Shown piece by piece: positions 6,588 through 10,089 of a DNA stretch of 10,089 nt (positions are counted from its first letter, which is position 1; every line of letters starts with the position of its first letter). The notes beneath the pieces were generated by a model that made no database searches, was not told where the DNA came from, and was given only the letters and a program-made list of their open reading frames with translations. This stretch comes from Promethearchaeota archaeon (GTDB lineage Archaea > Asgardarchaeota > Lokiarchaeia > Sigyniarchaeales > SOKP01), in assembly GCA_008080735.1 (NCBI GenBank), contig SHMW01000030.1:1-10089 (forward strand). Direction: 5' to 3'. Position numbers and translations under genes: made by a program.

Positions 6588-8480
6588 TTGGTGTTAAAAT
6601 TGAGTAGACCGTTTTATGCGATGGATGAACCAGATAAAAAGGGGGTAGTATTAGGAAATGAAAGTTTGGCAAGGGGAATATTTGAAGCGGGCATTCAAGT
6701 AGCATCTGGATATCCAGGAACCCCGTCCTCGGAAATAATGGAAACTCTTGCCACAATACATAAATTTTTTCCTAATTTTGATATAGAGTGGAGTACCAAC
6801 GAGGCGGTAGGATTTCAAGTGGCATTAGGCGCTTCAATGTGTAATGCGAGAGGGTTTGCATGTATGAAACACGTCGGCTTAAATGTTGCTTCGGATGCCT
6901 TTATGACCGCCTCCTATGCGGGCGCTCATGGCGGATTTGTGGTTCTTTCAGCCGATGATCCAAACTGTTATTCAAGCCAGAATGAGCAAGATAACCGAAT
7001 CTATGGAATGCACGCACTCTGTCCTGTTTTTGAGGCAATAAATATTCAAGAAGCAAAAGATGTAATAAAATATGCCTTTGATTTTTCAGAACAATTTGAA
7101 AGCTTAGTTATGATGCGAACAACCACACGACTAAACCACGCGAGAGGAGATTTGACCTTAGGCGATATAAAAAAAATAGAGGGTAGAATCTTTAATTTTG
7201 ATAAAGATCGCTCAAGATGGACCTTTTTACCTTCAAATGCAAGGGTCCAAAGGGTAAAGCAGCTTGAACGATACGAAGTTTTAAAGGAATTCTCCAATAA
7301 ATTTCCTTTTACCGAGCTAAATATTCAAGATGGAGCCAAGGTAGGTCTAATATCTTCGGGTGTGCCTTATTCCTATGTGAACGATGCTCTGCTAAAATTA
7401 AATATGGCAGATGATATTTCCACACTTAAATTGGGAATGGTTTTTCCCCAACCAGAAGAATTAATGTTAAAATTATTTGAGAATTCAGAACGAGTAGTTA
7501 TAGTTGAAGAACTGGACCCATTTTTAGAAGATTTTGCGAAAAAGCTAGCTTATGAGAATGATGTAAGAATTGAAATTGCGGGTAAGAAATATTTCCCTCG
7601 AAATGGTGAATTAAATCTCAACAAAGTGATAGCGGGATTAACGGGGTTTTTAGGTATTGATAATCCATTTGTAGATCTACCAGTCAAAACTGAGCATCTG
7701 CATAAAGCTTCTCCAAGACCGCCAGTGTTATGTGCTGGGTGTTCACATCGGAGTACTTTCTATGCATTAAGATTAATGGAAGAAAAGTTGGGTGTAAAAG
7801 CTGTATACTCTTCAGATATTGGATGTTATACGCTCGGGTTTTATAAACCAATTGAAGCTATTGATACGTGTATTTGTATGGGTGCATCTATCGGGATGGC
7901 AAACGGAATTGCGAAATTACATGATGGAACTGTGTTTGCCTTAATTGGAGATTCTACATTTTTCCATACGGGTGTGCCCGGTCTAATAAATGCGGTATAT
8001 AATCAAAATAATGTAAAGGTTATAATATTAGATAATGGCACGACTGCAATGACTGGTGCTCAACCTCATCCCGGAACCGGCGTAAAGATTACTGGTGAAC
8101 CTGGTGTAAAAGTTCCCTTGGAATCAATTTGTAAAGGTGCGGGAATCGATGATGAGCATATGTGGGTTGTTGATTCAAATGAATTGGAACAAACTACCAC
8201 CGCCATTGAAGAGGCTATTAATACAGAAGGACCATGCGTTATAATTTCACGTCATCTATGCACATTACTAGAGAGGAAGGTAAAAAGGGATCTTAAAAGA
8301 ATTCCCGTTGAAATTGACCAAGATAAATGTAATAATTGTATGATTTGTATTAAGAATTTCGGATGTCCAGCAATTACTCTCATAGATAATAGAGAGGTTA
8401 GAGTAGTTAAGGAACAATGTACTGGATGCGGAATGTGTATTGAAATTTGTCCTTTCGATGCAATTCATTCTACTGAATAA
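6588..8480 (+). CDS. iorA: Indolepyruvate:ferredoxin oxidoreductase alpha subunit
   Basis: LGNESLARG, GYPGTPSSEI, EWSTNE, MKHVGLNVASD, DDPNCYSSQNEQDNR, RPPVLCAGCSHR, SDIGCYTLG, TPP-binding GDSTFFHTG...LDN, and a C-terminal 2x[4Fe-4S] domain. The real start may be TTG 6600, which has GGTG upstream. Confidence 0.96.
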   Translation: MVLKLSRPFYAMDEPDKKGVVLGNESLARGIFEAGIQVASGYPGTPSSEIMETLATIHKFFPNFDIEWSTNEAVGFQVALGASMCNARGFACMKHVGLNVASDAFMTASYAGAHGGFVVLSADDPNCYSSQNEQDNRIYGMHALCPVFEAINIQEAKDVIKYAFDFSEQFESLVMMRTTTRLNHARGDLTLGDIKKIEGRIFNFDKDRSRWTFLPSNARVQRVKQLERYEVLKEFSNKFPFTELNIQDGAKVGLISSGVPYSYVNDALLKLNMADDISTLKLGMVFPQPEELMLKLFENSERVVIVEELDPFLEDFAKKLAYENDVRIEIAGKKYFPRNGELNLNKVIAGLTGFLGIDNPFVDLPVKTEHLHKASPRPPVLCAGCSHRSTFYALRLMEEKLGVKAVYSSDIGCYTLGFYKPIEAIDTCICMGASIGMANGIAKLHDGTVFALIGDSTFFHTGVPGLINAVYNQNNVKVIILDNGTTAMTGAQPHPGTGVKITGEPGVKVPLESICKGAGIDDEHMWVVDSNELEQTTTAIEEAINTEGPCVIISRHLCTLLERKVKRDLKRIPVEIDQDKCNNCMICIKNFGCPAITLIDNREVRVVKEQCTGCGMCIEICPFDAIHSTE

Positions 8481-8537
8481 TAACTACTAAGAACTAATAA
8501 AAGTAAGTCGCTTGCACAAAATTCTTGAATATTATGT

Positions 8538-8604
8538 ATTTTTCATTCCCTCTTTTTTCAAAATCGCTCCTAAATGTTCAAATAAGAAAAGAGTAAAAAA
8601 AAGA
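8538..8604. terminator. Convergent oligo-T terminator region between iorA and the downstream membrane-protein gene
   Basis: T tracts on + (about 8538-8558) and A tracts (about 8587-8602, T tracts on -) lie between two convergent stops. Confidence 0.4.
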
Positions 8605-8605
8605 A

Positions 8606-9124
8606 TTAGCTTATTGATTTTGCTCTCGCTTGCCTTGCTTTCTCTGTATTTTCGTTTGTAATATAAAAGCCTATCAAATAACAAATTAAAATGATAAAAA
8701 ACGATGTAAACGCAACCGTATAGAACCATCTCCCTTGATAGTCAATCATCTCCATAATTAACCATTGAAATAGCCACATCACACCACCTCCTATGGTGAC
8801 AAATATCATGTCCCAAGCAGCGTTTAATGCGCTATCTTTTCCTCCTGGTCTCCAGCCCAAATAATAAATAACTGTATTTTCTACAATTTCCCATAAAATT
8901 CCGACAAGAATGGTTAAAAGGAACGCTAGCCACCACGGAAAAAAACCCCCTCCTGGACCAAAAATAAATTCTGGTATCGTTATAAAGAGAGAGAAAAAGA
9001 TAAACGCCGCTATTCCCATATCGATGTGGCCCCAGCTATAGAAATCCCACGGGGAGCGACCTACATAGTCTTGAATATCCCCCACAAAAGGAATATATAC
9101 TTTTTTCTTTTCTTCTTCACTCAT
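8606..9124 (-). CDS. Integral membrane protein, DUF2585/UPF0314-like (H...WExxE...DSxxN..D motifs)
   Basis: About 4 TM helices with DFYSWGHIDMG, ILWEIVEN and GKDSALNAAWD motifs, resembling the DUF2585 pattern as recalled. ATG 9124 is preceded by SD-like AGGTGG; the track's start is GTG 9136. Confidence 0.7.
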   Translation of the reverse strand: MSEEEKKKVYIPFVGDIQDYVGRSPWDFYSWGHIDMGIAAFIFFSLFITIPEFIFGPGGGFFPWWLAFLLTILVGILWEIVENTVIYYLGWRPGGKDSALNAAWDMIFVTIGGGVMWLFQWLIMEMIDYQGRWFYTVAFTSFFIILICYLIGFYITNENTEKARQARAKSIS

Positions 9125-9926
9125 TTTGGTTTCCACCTAAAATAATCTTCAATTTATACTTAAAACTAATGCTTAATATTTATTTCTATTATGATTCCTA
9201 ATAACTCTTTTGGTTAGTATAATTTACCTTTGAAATGGATCTTTAGTGAGATATTTCTTGAATTTTGGGAATAATTAGCTATATTGCTCTAGTTTCTTTG
9301 GAAGGTTGACTCTATGTAAGCACTTGATATAACGCTATTAATTCACTTATGTTAGCTTTCACTAATGAACTGGAATATATTTATTCGTCTTAAATTTCTC
9401 AAAAATGCAGTATAAAATCATTTAGATAGACATAACCTTCCTATTGAACTTTATTCAAGGAAAATGAAAGACCATCACTTCACATAAATTAGATCGTTGA
9501 GAATTGATAATGAACGAGATTTCAGTATTAGATATTAAAATTAGCTATAAATATCAAAGTAATTGGCTCTTATACCTTTTAAATCGAATTTGATTCTCAT
9601 CAAGATCTCAATAAAATCTATCTTAGATTTCTTCTAAACTCAATAAATCGATGTTAATTAGGCAAATGGGTGGATAATCTAAAAAAAATCTCCCTTTCAT
9701 TTCATTTACTCGAAGATCATTTTTTATTTTTTATTAAATCTATGAGCTCTTTCATTCTATATTATTATCTTAAGAAAGTATGGGTAAAATCTAATAAGAA
9801 TGCTAACAAAACCATATCATAACAATATTATTAAAGAAAAGCATAAACACAGCGTTCATAAAATTGACGAAAGATTTATTAATCTAAAAATACATATAAT
9901 GAATTAGAAAAATTTTTTTCGACAGT

Positions 9927-10020
9927 AGTAATGGAATGTTTGTTTTTAGCCATAATTAATTTATTCCTCCACTAATAAATTGTAACGTGCTAATAACTAT
10001 ATTTCAAGCATTCCATTACT
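9927..10020. repeat. Long imperfect inverted repeat/hairpin followed by a T tract
   Basis: AGTAATGGAATG (9927-9938) is the exact reverse complement of CATTCCATTACT (10009-10020). Nested inner arms are TTAGC/GCTAA and AATTTATT/AATAAATT around the loop CCTCCACT. Confidence 0.7.
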
Positions 10021-10089
10021 TTTTTTCTTTTTTCCTTCTGATTGGTTCATAGATTTATTTCTGCGAAGAGATCCTTTACCGATGCGATC

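Noticed and set aside
6286-8468. - strand ORFs 6286-6756, 7046-7297 and 8268-8468
   Set aside because: Antisense shadows of iorB/iorA.
8532-8729. 65-aa - strand ORF
   Set aside because: Out-of-frame overlap with the better-supported membrane protein and its terminator region.
9800-9907. 35-aa + strand His-rich ORF (MLTKPYHNNIIKEKHKHSVHKIDERFINLKIHIMN) ahead of the hairpin, as a possible attenuator leader
   Set aside because: His codons are scattered rather than in a run, there is no clear SD, no antiterminator was identified, and no downstream + strand gene is visible.
9927-10020. Inverted repeat as a MITE or IS remnant
   Set aside because: No target-site duplication in the flanks and no transposase in the window. 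Nested internal pairing fits an RNA hairpin better.
10047-10089. Possible 3' end of a - strand gene entering from the right (…IASVKDLFAEINL*)
   Set aside because: Too short to call, and another frame is also open.
1-10089. CRISPR array, tRNA/rRNA, integrase or transposase
   Set aside because: No regularly spaced repeats, GC-rich structural RNA or recombinase motifs were seen.

Overview
AT-rich prokaryotic window, most likely archaeal. TATA-like boxes, GGTG/GTGA ribosome-binding motifs, oligo-T gene ends and the gene style suggest an Asgard/Lokiarchaeia-like genome, but this is inference. The core is a divergently arranged aryl-acid/aromatic 2-oxoacid module. On the minus strand are an unannotated 34-aa single-TM accessory peptide and a coupled sodium:solute symporter. 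On the plus strand are a phenylacetate-CoA ligase (PaaK family), three tandem double-ACT paralogs, and indolepyruvate:ferredoxin oxidoreductase subunits in the order iorB-iorA. The most unusual feature is an ~80-aa 8-Cys ferredoxin-like domain inserted into the middle of IorB. Flanking features are a truncated membrane-protein gene at the left edge, a DUF2585-like membrane protein, and an ~0.9-kb ORF-poor right end containing a long imperfect hairpin (9927-10020).
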